A DNA stretch of 56,744 nucleotides, filler included, from Stramenopiles sp. TOSAG23-3 (lineage: Eukaryota), in assembly GCA_900128585.1 (NCBI GenBank). It is 3 parts of 3 records of this genome, joined end to end, with 100 filler letters (N's around TTAATTAATTAA, not from the genome) between each part and the next. Parts side by side here need not be neighbours in the genome. Positions count along the whole stretch, not along the records: positions 18,964 to 37,819 come from LT642417.1; 2 more parts are not named here. The stretch is one strand, 5' to 3'. Positions 19,347 to 30,800 of the stretch are shown here, piece by piece. The notes under the pieces were generated by a model. The model was given only the letters and a program-made list of their open reading frames with translations. It ran no database searches and was not told where the DNA came from. How positions within the stretch are numbered: position 1 is the first letter of the stretch; each line of letters starts with the position of its first letter. The translations under genes and the position numbers were made by a program.

Positions 19347-22049
19347 ATGAGTGGCCAGAAGAAAAGACCCTCCCCCTCGTTGTCGCGGCGGCAAAGAAGG
19401 GCGTCTGCCGGCGACATAATGGAGCCTTTAAGGGACACGGTAACCTCTCCTGTTCAGACGTCCTCCAGTGGAAGTTCGCGCCCCAGCAGCAGGAATTCGG
19501 GCAAGGAACTTGGCTTGGGCATTAAAAGTCCGGTAACTCGTACAAGCCGTTCGTTCTCCATATCCAAAACGAGCTTCTCGCCTATTAGCAAGTCGTGCCC
19601 GTATGAGAACTTGAGGGAGATGGGGCTCAGGATGAGTCAAGAAATATCTTGTCGCGACGTGCGCCCACATATTTTATGGCCAACGTATACTTCTGTTTTT
19701 CGAGGAAAAGAAGCTTTTATTTGGATAAAAGGTTCGCAAGAAATCGAGGATCAGTATGGCACGGCAATCAACTCTGAAGGCTCTTTATCCGACGATCAAA
19801 ATAGTAACGATAACCAGGTGGACAAGAGAGAGTGGGCATTAGATATTTTGAACTGGATGCTCCGAGAAAAAATGATCTTTCGCGTATTTAGCGGAGTTAT
19901 GCCAAAGATATCGCTTGGGAAAAAGACACAAAGAACATTTATAGCTAGAGATGAGAAGTCCGTGCACCCTAAAGATAGATTTATTGCGTCGTCTAAGGCC
20001 CTTTATCGGTTCAATGACGCCTTGATTGCGGACAAGCACGTTCATGTAGTTGTGCACTGTGCCCGTGATCTTTTAGGAAAATCGAGAGATGGAACGTCTT
20101 CGCCATTCGTCCGTTTGGAATTTGGAAGGCAGCGGGCAGAAACAAAGGTTGTTACTAAGGAGTTAAACCCAACGTGGGAAGAGCATTTCACGTTTGGTAT
20201 GGTAGAGCGAGAAGAACGCACGTCGCTGTTGCGAATCAGCGTATGGGACAGTCAGGTAAACAAGAGTGCATTTTTGGGACAAGTCTCCGTCTTTATTGCG
20301 AGTAATGGTGTGGTAAAAGTGCCTTTGGTAAAGGACACCGACACGAATGGATACGCCACCAAAGACTCCTGCCCTCCTTCGCATTGGTCTAAATTGCTTC
20401 AGAGGAGCATGAAATCCAAAGTAACGGGCTCGTTACTTATTACTACATATGCGACAGACTTCAACTTCAACCCCCACCTAAAAATTCGGTCGTCTGCGGG
20501 AAAAAAGTATTTTCAAAGCGACCCCATGTTAATGAGACAAGCAATGCGGGAAACGTTTGGGTGCGTCCTGTCCCACGAAGAAATGGGTCAACAGGGAGCT
20601 TTAGCTGCTGCGGCATCCTCTGGTTTGTGGGACCTGGTTATTCGGCTAAAAAGTCTGCACAAAGTTCACCTGGAACACGAATGCGAAGATTTAAAAATCG
20701 CGAGTGCCCTTCTGCTTCCAGGGATGCAATGGAAAAACAGAGTCATTGCGCGGGTTCGTTGGAGCAAAAGCCAGTGCGCCGAACTGGAGTCGCAATGGAT
20801 ATTGAGAAAAAATGGGAAATGGAAAAACGACAAAGGCGTTCTGCGAATGAGCCATTTGCTTCACGAAGACATTCGCCAAGGTCAAATTGAGCTTGAAGTT
20901 GTAATGCGCGACAATTGGGCTGCAGAGTGGGACAAGAATGCTCGAATTCTCGGTACCACTGCGCGATTTACGCTCGAGGAGTTGCCGCGCCTGATTGGAA
21001 GTGCAGAAAGCCATGTGATTCAAGAATTTGAAGACGATGAAATCAACGGTTTAGCCAATGACGATCACAACGTTTCCGGGAGCGAGGTAGTGCAAGATTT
21101 TCCGATCTACATTCGTACGTATGCAGGGAAGTCTCATTTGGTGAGAAATGGTAGTTTGCGAGCAGCGTTGTACTTGGTCCCATCGAAAACGCCTTCTGGG
21201 ACCTGGAACAGTGCCAACAATTGGAACGATGAGATCAAAATTGTGCACAAAGAGAATGAGGACGTAAAAAAGATTAAGATTTCTAACAAGGTGCCAAGCG
21301 GGTTGACAGATCCTATTTTGGACATTGTTGTCGACACCCCGTTCCCGCGGCTGAAACGGTATCTGTTTTCTAACGATAGCTCCTTTCTGCTCTCATTCTA
21401 CAACTTGCTGTCCTACCGGCACATAAATTTGGGGTCATGGGAGCACGGGAACGGAGTCACAAACACTGGGAAGACCCCAAGCAAATATGAAAAACACGTT
21501 CCTGGAAATATCAAAGGCATGTCTCGCAGCATCACCTTCCTGCTACCAGAGGGTCGCGCCGTTTCTCAGAGTCAGACCGTGGAAGTGCAGTACGTAAAGG
21601 CAGATCAGGAAGGTGTGTGCATAGTTGAAATATCGAACATGACTGCGGATTTACCGTTGCGGGACCTCTTTGATGCGAAAATCGAAATAGCAATTATCTG
21701 TGAGGGTGCAAAGTATTCAAGAATTCGTGTGTCTGCAGAGTTGTTGTGGTACAAAAAAGATTGGAAAGAGAAAAATAAGGTGGCGATAAAAACCGGTTTT
21801 CTTAGTGGGTGCAGAGAAAAATATGGCTCGTTGAAGCAAGCGTTGGACTGGGCCGCGAATGTGCAATGGACGAGCTCAATGGAAGGCTCACCTAATCAAC
21901 GGAACTCAAATAATTATGCATACGCTTCTGGCGATGGAAGTAGCTGGAAGTCGTACGCGATGAAGTCCTGCGGGAGACACTCGTCCCGAATCCTATGGAC
22001 TTCAGCCGTTGTGTTAATGATCAGTATTGCGTGGGGGACGTTGTTGTAA
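19347..22049 (+). CDS. DEP + C2 + VASt-like lipid-transfer protein with C-terminal TM anchor
   Basis: DEP-like TYTSVFRGKEAFIWI...ALYRF; C2 HCARDL...SPFVRLEFG...ELNPTWEEHF; VASt-like LFSNDSSFL...DLPLRDLF; hydrophobic C-terminus. Confidence 0.75.
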   Translation: MSGQKKRPSPSLSRRQRRASAGDIMEPLRDTVTSPVQTSSSGSSRPSSRNSGKELGLGIKSPVTRTSRSFSISKTSFSPISKSCPYENLREMGLRMSQEISCRDVRPHILWPTYTSVFRGKEAFIWIKGSQEIEDQYGTAINSEGSLSDDQNSNDNQVDKREWALDILNWMLREKMIFRVFSGVMPKISLGKKTQRTFIARDEKSVHPKDRFIASSKALYRFNDALIADKHVHVVVHCARDLLGKSRDGTSSPFVRLEFGRQRAETKVVTKELNPTWEEHFTFGMVEREERTSLLRISVWDSQVNKSAFLGQVSVFIASNGVVKVPLVKDTDTNGYATKDSCPPSHWSKLLQRSMKSKVTGSLLITTYATDFNFNPHLKIRSSAGKKYFQSDPMLMRQAMRETFGCVLSHEEMGQQGALAAAASSGLWDLVIRLKSLHKVHLEHECEDLKIASALLLPGMQWKNRVIARVRWSKSQCAELESQWILRKNGKWKNDKGVLRMSHLLHEDIRQGQIELEVVMRDNWAAEWDKNARILGTTARFTLEELPRLIGSAESHVIQEFEDDEINGLANDDHNVSGSEVVQDFPIYIRTYAGKSHLVRNGSLRAALYLVPSKTPSGTWNSANNWNDEIKIVHKENEDVKKIKISNKVPSGLTDPILDIVVDTPFPRLKRYLFSNDSSFLLSFYNLLSYRHINLGSWEHGNGVTNTGKTPSKYEKHVPGNIKGMSRSITFLLPEGRAVSQSQTVEVQYVKADQEGVCIVEISNMTADLPLRDLFDAKIEIAIICEGAKYSRIRVSAELLWYKKDWKEKNKVAIKTGFLSGCREKYGSLKQALDWAANVQWTSSMEGSPNQRNSNNYAYASGDGSSWKSYAMKSCGRHSSRILWTSAVVLMISIAWGTLL

Positions 22050-22065
22050 ATTTTTGGCACACTCT

Positions 22066-22158
22066 AATAACACAGCCAATTTTTTGTTTTTTCTAAGTAA
22101 TTAAATTTAATGTATCATACTAATTTAAATAAAAGCAAGAAAATTGGCTGTTATTTAA
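22066..22158. repeat. Repeat family B inverted pair (CAAGAAAATTGGCTGT core)
   Basis: ACAGCCAATTTT at 22072 and GCAAGAAAATTGGCTGTTATTTAA at 22135, between convergent genes. Confidence 0.8.
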
Positions 22159-22303
22159 CTAATTTAAAAGAAAAGTTTAGACAAGGAATAAGATAAAAAT
22201 AAAAACTAATTTTTATCTCTTCAAATCGCATCGCATTTTGTAAAGGAATGAAATTTCTTCTCTCATCAATGTAACCCTTGAGTGTTAATGCTAAAAATAA
22301 AAC

Positions 22304-23968
22304 TTACTCGTAATCTTTCTTCGGACTTTGTGGCTCCACCGAAATAAAGTCGAAGTCAAATTTGGTCGGCAAACCGAAGTGTTGGTTTTTGTTGAAAGGT
22401 CCGGTGAACTCAAAAGGGGGTAGCTCACCTCCGCTGTACTTACTTGTTGGTCCATTCAAAGCCTGGGCTCGAAGATCTTTTGCACCGTTTTTATACGATG
22501 TAACCTTGGTGTCATAGCAGCCTCCCGCGGACGGATTTGTCGGCTTCAAGTCTCCTCTGCTGCATATTGCATACATCGGGTTAGGGTTGCCAGTGGTATC
22601 AATGGAGTACGGATCATTTTTGAAGTTGTTGTAACGCATTTGCAACTTCAAGGAGTCTAAATCGACCACTTTTCCTTGGTCTCGCCTGAAGATTTGTGCG
22701 CGAGGGCATAAATCATGGGTGAAATAGTTTCCAAACTTCTGCCGCATCGCTGGATACCCCATCCAATCGTACACTGATTCGAAAAAGGGCACATTAAAAG
22801 AACCCCAATAGCCCATTCTGATCTGCTCCGTCATGTCTGCCCCAACAATGATACCTGGTGCCTCTTCAACCACCCACAAAGTGCCATTTACTAATGGCTT
22901 CTCCGGTTCGAAAAGGTTCATGTTAACAACCATGTACTGGTTTGCATATGTTCCTGAGTGGTAGCGACGAAAATTTTCGTACCATTCCTCCCCAGTACCA
23001 CTCATGGCAGAAGCAATCCGAACCCGCTGCCATGCTAACAAACTCTGTGGAACGACGTTCTTGTAAATTGAATGATCAATGACCCCATTGGACGTTTGCG
23101 TCCAGGTTAGTCCGCTTTCTAGAAGATAGAAGTCGTCCAGACTTTCTAAAAAGCCAGGGTAGGAGCTAAACGAGATTTTTCGGGATTTTGTAGATTCGTC
23201 TTTGAACTGCAAGTTGTAATGCTTGAATATTCTGTTCATATTTGAGTATGTGTACCAACTCGAGTGAGCCATAAAAAGGTCAGACATGTCACCAGTTACT
23301 TTAATCAACCCGGAGCAATGACCTTGTTTTTGGTGCAAATCCTCTGCCTCTGTTTGATTCAAATGCATCCAATCTATACGTTTTTCTTCATCGCATGCTG
23401 GAATTATATCAAACAAGTCGCCGACGCCATTCAGCATTTGAAAGGCAAACGAAGGAAGGCTCTTTGCTGCACCTCTTTCAACCGCTTCTTCATATCCAAA
23501 CGCTAAACCGAGGTACTGCTGGTAAACATAGTTTGCTTGCCTCCAGAAAGGATCGGTACCTTTCGCTTCCTCAACGGACTTTACCAGAAACGCTTCCTGG
23601 TCGTTCAGAAAGGCTTGAACAGCAGATGATGGCGCGGACGTGTTGCCGAAAACGTTTGGTGCCAAGTTAAGAAACGTATTGTGTATTTGTTCCGATGTAA
23701 GGAAACCTTCGGCCACGCCAGCTGCGAAAGCTTGGTTTTGGTCCGAAAACACAGGGTTCGTTTCGATATTTAACACGCCCCATCCCGTGGACTGCAGCCC
23801 ATCTTGAAACGTTCCCCAAGCGACCCCTTTTGGATCAAAGCCTTTGGCCACGGACCAAGTACTCTCGCCTCTCAAATATACCGTTGCAGCTGATTCTGTG
23901 CTAGAACTGGACGCCAGGGCGGCGGCTACACAACTACTCAATACCAGTAGCTGAGTGAACGAAAACAT
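22304..23968 (-). CDS. Phospholipase B-like protein (PLBD/LamA family, Ntn hydrolase)
   Basis: Signal peptide, GHCSGLIK, FSSYPG..ESLDDFY, SGTYANQYM, PRAQIFRRD, GCYDTKVT. Confidence 0.95.
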   Translation of the reverse strand: MFSFTQLLVLSSCVAAALASSSSTESAATVYLRGESTWSVAKGFDPKGVAWGTFQDGLQSTGWGVLNIETNPVFSDQNQAFAAGVAEGFLTSEQIHNTFLNLAPNVFGNTSAPSSAVQAFLNDQEAFLVKSVEEAKGTDPFWRQANYVYQQYLGLAFGYEEAVERGAAKSLPSFAFQMLNGVGDLFDIIPACDEEKRIDWMHLNQTEAEDLHQKQGHCSGLIKVTGDMSDLFMAHSSWYTYSNMNRIFKHYNLQFKDESTKSRKISFSSYPGFLESLDDFYLLESGLTWTQTSNGVIDHSIYKNVVPQSLLAWQRVRIASAMSGTGEEWYENFRRYHSGTYANQYMVVNMNLFEPEKPLVNGTLWVVEEAPGIIVGADMTEQIRMGYWGSFNVPFFESVYDWMGYPAMRQKFGNYFTHDLCPRAQIFRRDQGKVVDLDSLKLQMRYNNFKNDPYSIDTTGNPNPMYAICSRGDLKPTNPSAGGCYDTKVTSYKNGAKDLRAQALNGPTSKYSGGELPPFEFTGPFNKNQHFGLPTKFDFDFISVEPQSPKKDYE

Positions 23969-24470
23969 GTGGTGGTGGAAGTGGGTGTAATAAAATGAAA
24001 CTACTTTCTACTTCTTATATTTCTCGTCGGCAATAAGTGTCAAGAATCTTTTTCTTCACATCGTCTATAGATGTCTGAGAAAAAATAACTTATCGCCTGG
24101 TTCTTCTGGTTATTTATTTGTCTCTATCAAAATACAAAAAGTCGTCTCGTCAGATCGACCTCGTCGACCATCATCGGACCAACTTCTTCGTTCTCTTTCT
24201 TTCTTTTCTTCTTCTCTTCTTTTCTTCGCGCTTCTTCCCCCTCCCTAATACTACCGGGGTCGTAACCGTACTATGCCCCTATCACTAGTATATAAAAATC
24301 TTGATTTATACGATCTTCACGGGAAGTTAGTCCTCACTCTGTGCCTGTATTTTTGCGTCTTGATAAAAAAAGACAAGCAATAGCATCACAATACTTTTGT
24401 ACTTAATTTTTGAAACAAAATATAATACCAAGGTAATAGGATAGCATAGGGCCCTGGTCGTATTTTTTTG

Positions 24471-25379
24471 CTACCGTTCAACTCCTTCAAAGAATTGAAG
24501 CAGGTAGTCAAAGGTCGGCAGATAAAGTGCGTGTATAGGAATCGCTCTTACCAAAACGGTGGAGAGTCCCCGGTAAAGCGCCCTCTCGCAAGCAAGTTCT
24601 ACTATCATACCTCTCATTCCCTGTGAAGTGCAAAATTTACCGTTTGAGCGCACTTGTACCCTGGCTTTCGCACTGTCGATGGGGTAAGTGAGCAAGCAGC
24701 TGGTCCATCCGCTCAATATACCACAAGCGCTAAGGTACGAGTAGGACTGCTGTCGGCTACAGTCTGAGCCGGAGGACAATAGAAATTTCCACATTGGGTA
24801 CGAACCGAACAACAAGCAGTTACCAAGAGTAGAGCGCGTCATTGTGAGAGCATGGCCTGTCCACATCGCTTTGATGCCCCCTTGGGCAATCATGGACCGG
24901 CTCACCGAAAGGAGACCTCGAGGTTTGCTGGCCGTTTGCTTTTTGCACTTTAAAAGTTCCAAAGGAGTCGTCAAAAGGGGAAGAATCACGCCCACGGCGG
25001 CCCCGCCTAGTGCTTCAGACGCAATGCGGTATGATATGGGAAGTTGTTCAAACGAACAGCAGCTTAACCCTTTGCAAAAAATACTGCCGACCTGCGTGTT
25101 CAACTTGCTCTGTATTCCAAACCTAATCGCCGACGTGGACACTGCACCAAAGAGAGCTGGCGTAAAGCCACTGTAAAAGATTTTAAACCCTTCCTTTTTC
25201 ACTATCGACCGTACGCACTGTTGAGTGGATGCGTACACATTGCTGTTCGCTTGCATGCGCACCTTCACCGTGTCCAATGGGTGACCAATAAAAGACAAAA
25301 TAGAGCCGGAAATGGCCCCTGACACCATCGGCGCCCAACTCGACCCGTTGCCTCTTGCGCACCGTGAACGACTTTTCAT
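24471..25379 (-). CDS. Mitochondrial carrier (SLC25, ornithine/carnitine-carrier-like)
   Basis: Three signature motifs: HPLDTVKVR, TPLELLKCK, YPIDSAKAR. Confidence 0.9.
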   Translation of the reverse strand: MKSRSRCARGNGSSWAPMVSGAISGSILSFIGHPLDTVKVRMQANSNVYASTQQCVRSIVKKEGFKIFYSGFTPALFGAVSTSAIRFGIQSKLNTQVGSIFCKGLSCCSFEQLPISYRIASEALGGAAVGVILPLLTTPLELLKCKKQTASKPRGLLSVSRSMIAQGGIKAMWTGHALTMTRSTLGNCLLFGSYPMWKFLLSSGSDCSRQQSYSYLSACGILSGWTSCLLTYPIDSAKARVQVRSNGKFCTSQGMRGMIVELACERALYRGLSTVLVRAIPIHALYLPTFDYLLQFFEGVER

Positions 25380-26420
25380 TGTTTCCGTTTCCTGGAGAGT
25401 GTATGTAAGTTAATTAATAAAACCTAAGATGATTTATTCGAGAATTTCCGATGCGTGAACTTTGAGTAATGTCAAGGTAGGTTGCTTGCTATAGAATTTA
25501 TCCCTTCCGAAGACCATTATGTGGAAACGAAACATATAACAAGAAACTTTTACAGTTCAGTGCCATTTTCCTATTGTTATTTTTTTGGTTGTTGCTTTTT
25601 CCTCTCAAGATTCATTTTATTAATATAGACACAGCAAGAGTACCCGTTTTTTTTTCCAAAAATCATCAGTTTTTTGTTGTACTTGTATTATATGTTGTTA
25701 GTTTTTCAGATTATTTTTTTTTTAAATATTTATCGTATAATAGTCTTCTAGCCAATACTATTGCCTTCTATTAGATCTTGTGAATGTATTAATTATTTTA
25801 TATCTAATAAATACTACAAACAAACAAACAACAAAAAACCAAAACAAATTTTAAAATGAAGGGGAAAAAAAATGATCGATGAAAGAAGGAAGATATGCTG
25901 TGTGCCTATATACTTTTCTGAAATTGTTTTTGACACCTGTATACCGGTAGTATAATAATCTCAATCAACCAACTCCAATATAACCCTGAAGCTAACTCTA
26001 ATTTGGTAGAAGAAGATCACATGTGTCACATGATGATGGGGAATGGGGAAGAATAAATAATAAAAAATAGCTATTTTAATTAAAAACACAACGTTCAAAG
26101 TTCATCAAACGAAAGATCAACTTGAAGTACCAATATAGTAAAATTTCTTGTTCTCTTCTTCTTCTTCCCGAGCAAGAGAGATGTTTTTTGAACATTTTTA
26201 CAAACAATTATGTTTAAAGGTGATTTAGAGTATATATTACTATGCTTGAAACAGAGATTTTTCTTTTTACACTCTAAGGGGTGGGGGGAGCAAATTTATG
26301 TGTAGACAAACCATTTTTCTCTAAAATTGCTTCTTCCACGACAACACTACATTTGGAGTTCATCTGGCTCCATCCTCTCGTGATAAATTACCACAGCATC
26401 TAAGACAAATTTTGACGAAT

Positions 26421-26741
26421 TTACTGTCCGCTGCCGTGCTTAACTCGCCCTTGAGGTTGTCCCAACTTACCGTTGCGTCGAAGGTCTTTGTTGATGGATT
26501 TACCTTGCTTTTGCTGACGGCTGGCCTGTGGCTTCTCATAGGTTTGTTTGACCCCAGAGCTGATTTGTTTCTTTGAATCCATTCCAATGTCAGGTTCGTC
26601 CGTAACAACTGTACCATCGTTATTTGCTGCCGCAATCAATATATTGGCAGCTTGTGGCTGCCCTTGAGTCTTTGCGTGCGAAATTCCTTTCGCAACACGT
26701 TTTCCTCCAGCGCGTTCAGCTGGGGCATGTCCGGAGTTCAT
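26421..26741 (-). CDS. Death-associated protein 1 (DAP1/DAPL1)-like small protein
   Basis: 106 aa, disordered. GHAPAERAGGKRV resembles GHPPAVKAGGMRI, and C-terminal LGQPQ resembles IQQPR. Confidence 0.65.
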   Translation of the reverse strand: MNSGHAPAERAGGKRVAKGISHAKTQGQPQAANILIAAANNDGTVVTDEPDIGMDSKKQISSGVKQTYEKPQASRQQKQGKSINKDLRRNGKLGQPQGRVKHGSGQ

Positions 26742-27865
26742 GATTGGTCTTAAAGTGTGGGTGTGTCTTCTCGTCAACTGATGTGCCTGGTACAAGAAAT
26801 GTAACAGCTGAAATAATATTTGGTCGTGATTTAAAATTTTTAGTCGTTCGATATGCTTGTTTGCAGAAGAAATCGTTTTGTCTAATACTTTGTTTCCTGT
26901 TCTTTTTCCTAACAGAATTCCTATATACAATGAAATGATCACATCAGAAGTTAGTGACTTCCATGTTTGGTAGTTCTTTTTAGAAGAAGGTGGTAACTAA
27001 GAACACAACGTGAATATGATGATGATGACATATTATTTTACTTTTTTTTTGATAAACAAATAACAATGCTGTGCAATGTAATGTTGGGTCATTTATTTCA
27101 TCAACACCTCAAGAAGATTCTTCTTTTTTTCTTCTTCTTCTTCTTCTCGAATAATTCTTTTGAATACCCAAAAAACAGGTATCTAATATTAGACTATTAT
27201 ACCACAGCAGAAAGACACGCACAAGAAGTATAATTAAATATATATGCAGGTAGAAAGAAAAAAGAAAAAATTACGATCTTTTGTTTTTTCACAAGTGTCG
27301 GTCCACCAGGACCCAGCACTACGCGTATTTCACCGCAAAAATAAAAAAAATCCAAGGTATATTTATTATAGTCTATTTAAATACAGTAGAAAAATAATAT
27401 ACATTACTATATAAATATATTATTTATATTATATCTTTATATAAATTATGTTGTATTTTCCTATTCAAATTTATACTTAGACACTATTATATTAGGATTT
27501 TTTGGAATCGACTTGAAGATGAAGTTAGGTACGAGATATAAATCGAAAAAAAAAAGAAGAAAAAAAAGAAGAAGAAGAAGAAGAAGAAGAAGAAGAAGAA
27601 GAAGAAGAAGAAGAAGAAGAAGAAGAAGAAGAAGAATATATAATTCCCCCCAGCACCACCCACCCACCAACCTCCTTCCTACCGTGTCAAACCAGAACCC
27701 GTTCCTTTACTTCAAACAACATTAAAAAAATCATCTAAAATGAATGTACAGACTATAATGAAGATAGAAAGAAATGTGCTGTATGTATTTATATCATTTA
27801 TTTATTTGCGAAATCATTCATTTCAACACAACGAACTGTGCCCAGAAATTACTACAATCACTACC

Positions 27866-30800
27866 ATGCCTGTCGTTTTGTCCACAGAGTTTTTCAAAGC
27901 GGCTTTAAGGGTACAACCGACCGAGCCTGCTGCTTCAGAGGCTGGGGTTGCAAAAATGTCCCTATACGCAAAACGCCCGAGAAGTTTGAGTGCTAGCGTG
28001 CAAAATAAGGCGTTCTTTCACTGGCTGAACTTGGTCGCTGTTGACTTGGCGTACGCGGCGATTAAGGTACAAAAGAATAAGTTGGGCAAGTCCTTCTCAG
28101 TGCTTGATCTACGCTCGTGTTTAGCCCTGAAAACAACCTGTTCGGAAGCCACGTTGCTAATGGACACATCGCCCCTGTGGCTCGCAGAGGTTCGTCATGA
28201 AATTATGAACCCCGGGGATCTGCAGGACAATTTTTCTCTATTTCTCTTGTCTGCAAAAATTTTCCAAGCCTTGAAGCATGGACACTGGACACGCAAAGTA
28301 ATGAAAGGAGTATTGGAAACCCCCCCCGACAACTCCCAGTGGACCTCAATCGTTGCCCATACAAACGCAGAAGAGACCGAAAGCTATTTTTGGGACAAAC
28401 TAAAGAAGCATTTTGCTACCCGAGCTGTTCCCACCCTTTCCAATGTCAAAGATATGACTGTTTGTGTGATTTCACTGATTCAACTCAGCTTGCCAAAGCA
28501 AGAAAGCGAGGGCGCCCCTTCTGCTGAAGCGGAGAATTCGCTGTGCCCGCAAGACATTGTTGACAAAGTGGCTACGTTTGAGTCCCTGAACAAAGTATTT
28601 TGCTCCATTTTATGCGCCATGATGATGTCCCCCAAGGTATTCATGGAGCTCTTGCCGGACGGCTCTTATCGACAACAAGTAGTGGACCACATTGGCTCCA
28701 AGAAAATTGTCGACACACGCACGCTCTTGCCGACGGTAGACAGCATTGGGCACACGGTAGCAACTCTGAACGGCCTGACCGTGGAACAACTACGAGTGAA
28801 ACCGTGGGTATTTCCCCATAAGCGCTCCATTCCAAAGAGCACGCGAAGGGTGCTTGTTGGAGCGTTGGCAAAGCTGAGTCCCCTCCAGCTATTTGGCACG
28901 TTTACCTCTCGAGGTCTCTGGAAAACCATTTATCACTCGATCCACATTCGCTCTATGCTTTCCTCCAAAAGATTTTCAGAAGATGGGCTGAGCAAGGGAA
29001 AAGTTACTAGCAACGAATTAAAGGACATGCAGAAAATGTACCTGTTTGTCCTGATGCTTATGGAAGAAAAGTACCCCAAGAATGAGGAGGAATTCGAAAC
29101 GTCGCTGTGGCGTGAAAGGGTAGTCGCTCCGTTAAAAGCGCTATGCGATGCCGCTGGCAGTATCTTCAAAGCAAAGGACCCTGCGTGGTTGCAGCCTACC
29201 TTTCAAAGCAGTTTGTCCCGCAAAAGATTGCCCAAGCCTGATCGAGTGACAGTCACGAATTTGTTGTCGATGAGAGGAAATACGAAGGAAACGTGGACAA
29301 TGATGTTCGAAGAGAAAATTCTATCGGAGTCCCAAGTTTATATGAATATTCGCAACCTTATCTTGCTGAATTTCCCAGTCTCTGTGGTGAAGGACTACGT
29401 GGTAAAGAAAAGGGCTTCGCAAAAGGAACAAAAAATTGATTTGATTCATCTGATGAAAATAAAACACTTGATTGAAAACGATTTCACGAACGACTTTATC
29501 CGAGAAGTTGCTGGACTCATTCAATCTTGCATTCTTGATTGCGTCTCTGCTTGGGCCAACTCTTCCTCCAGCTCAGCTAATATGGTTCCCCCGTCGGAGA
29601 AGTTGAAGTTGGTTCAGAGTTCGAACCCCATTGGAGAAGATGAAATCTTTGTTGAAATGCCTTTGCGTGCTTATACCGATTTGAAAGGCCAGGTGTACGC
29701 CGCTCGTAAATACAAAGTGGTCTCGAAAGGCTTCAACGAATCTTCGGTACAAGAGTACTTGGCTTTTGTTATGAACGATATTGAATGCCTCTTGGCGGCC
29801 ACCCGCCAGTCTCTGGCCCTGGACACAAAGAAGGTAATACCCCTTATATCTTTGACTCCAGAATTGCACGATAACGTTATCAGGTCGGGCCTTCCTCCGA
29901 TTGAGCCCCCGTACTCAAAGGTTTCAATGTGGCGTGGCGAAGTAGTCTGTATCAATCAACTTTTGGAAGGTGGTGAGAACACTGACTCCAAAACTGGTAT
30001 CTCCGAAGAAGACGGTTTGGAGCTCATTCTTGGGATTTCGTGGTGCGAGAAGAAAAACGGCCCAGGGGTCGACCTTGACCTCAGTTGTACCATGTACGAT
30101 GACAAATGGGAACCCAGCGGGGTCTGCAATTTTCAAAACATGAATCCTACTGGGATGAAGCACTCAGGAGATATACTGACAGCTCCGTATCCAAAAGGGG
30201 CCCGAGAAAATATTCGCATTCAATTTTCAAAGTTGCCGAAAAACATCAAATATGTAGTTTTGACAGTGCACAATTACACTAGGCAACCTATTTCAGAATG
30301 CTGTAGCGATGCGTCTATCTTTGTAGCAGACGGAAAGAGAACAGGGAGAGGGCCGGGGGGGCTTGCAATGATTGCAGCTTCTTCCCTAAAAAGTGAAGGC
30401 ACTACAGTCGTTGCTGGCGCCATGATTGTTGATAGAAAAAACATGGACGGGCAGGGCCGACCTGTGCTTCGGCTCCTTTCGATCGACTCGGCTCCAAAGA
30501 AGGTCACTAGCACTGTGGCAACAGAATCTACGAACATGAATCGAGATTTTACAAAACGGTCGGTGGACAATTCTGGGTACATGGGCAAACCTTCAAAGCT
30601 ACCGTTGGTTGTCGTAGCGGCATTAAACGCTGTGCTCGTTTCAAGTGGGGGCATGGTCGTAATTGAGCACGGTGAAGACGAGAACCTAAGCTCGCCAACG
30701 ATTGTAAGAAGACAGGAAGGTGACACACTGTCTTCATTTTTGCAAGCCATTTTAAGAAAATTGGAAACGTTGCCTGTGACGCTTGAGCCAAACTACGCCA

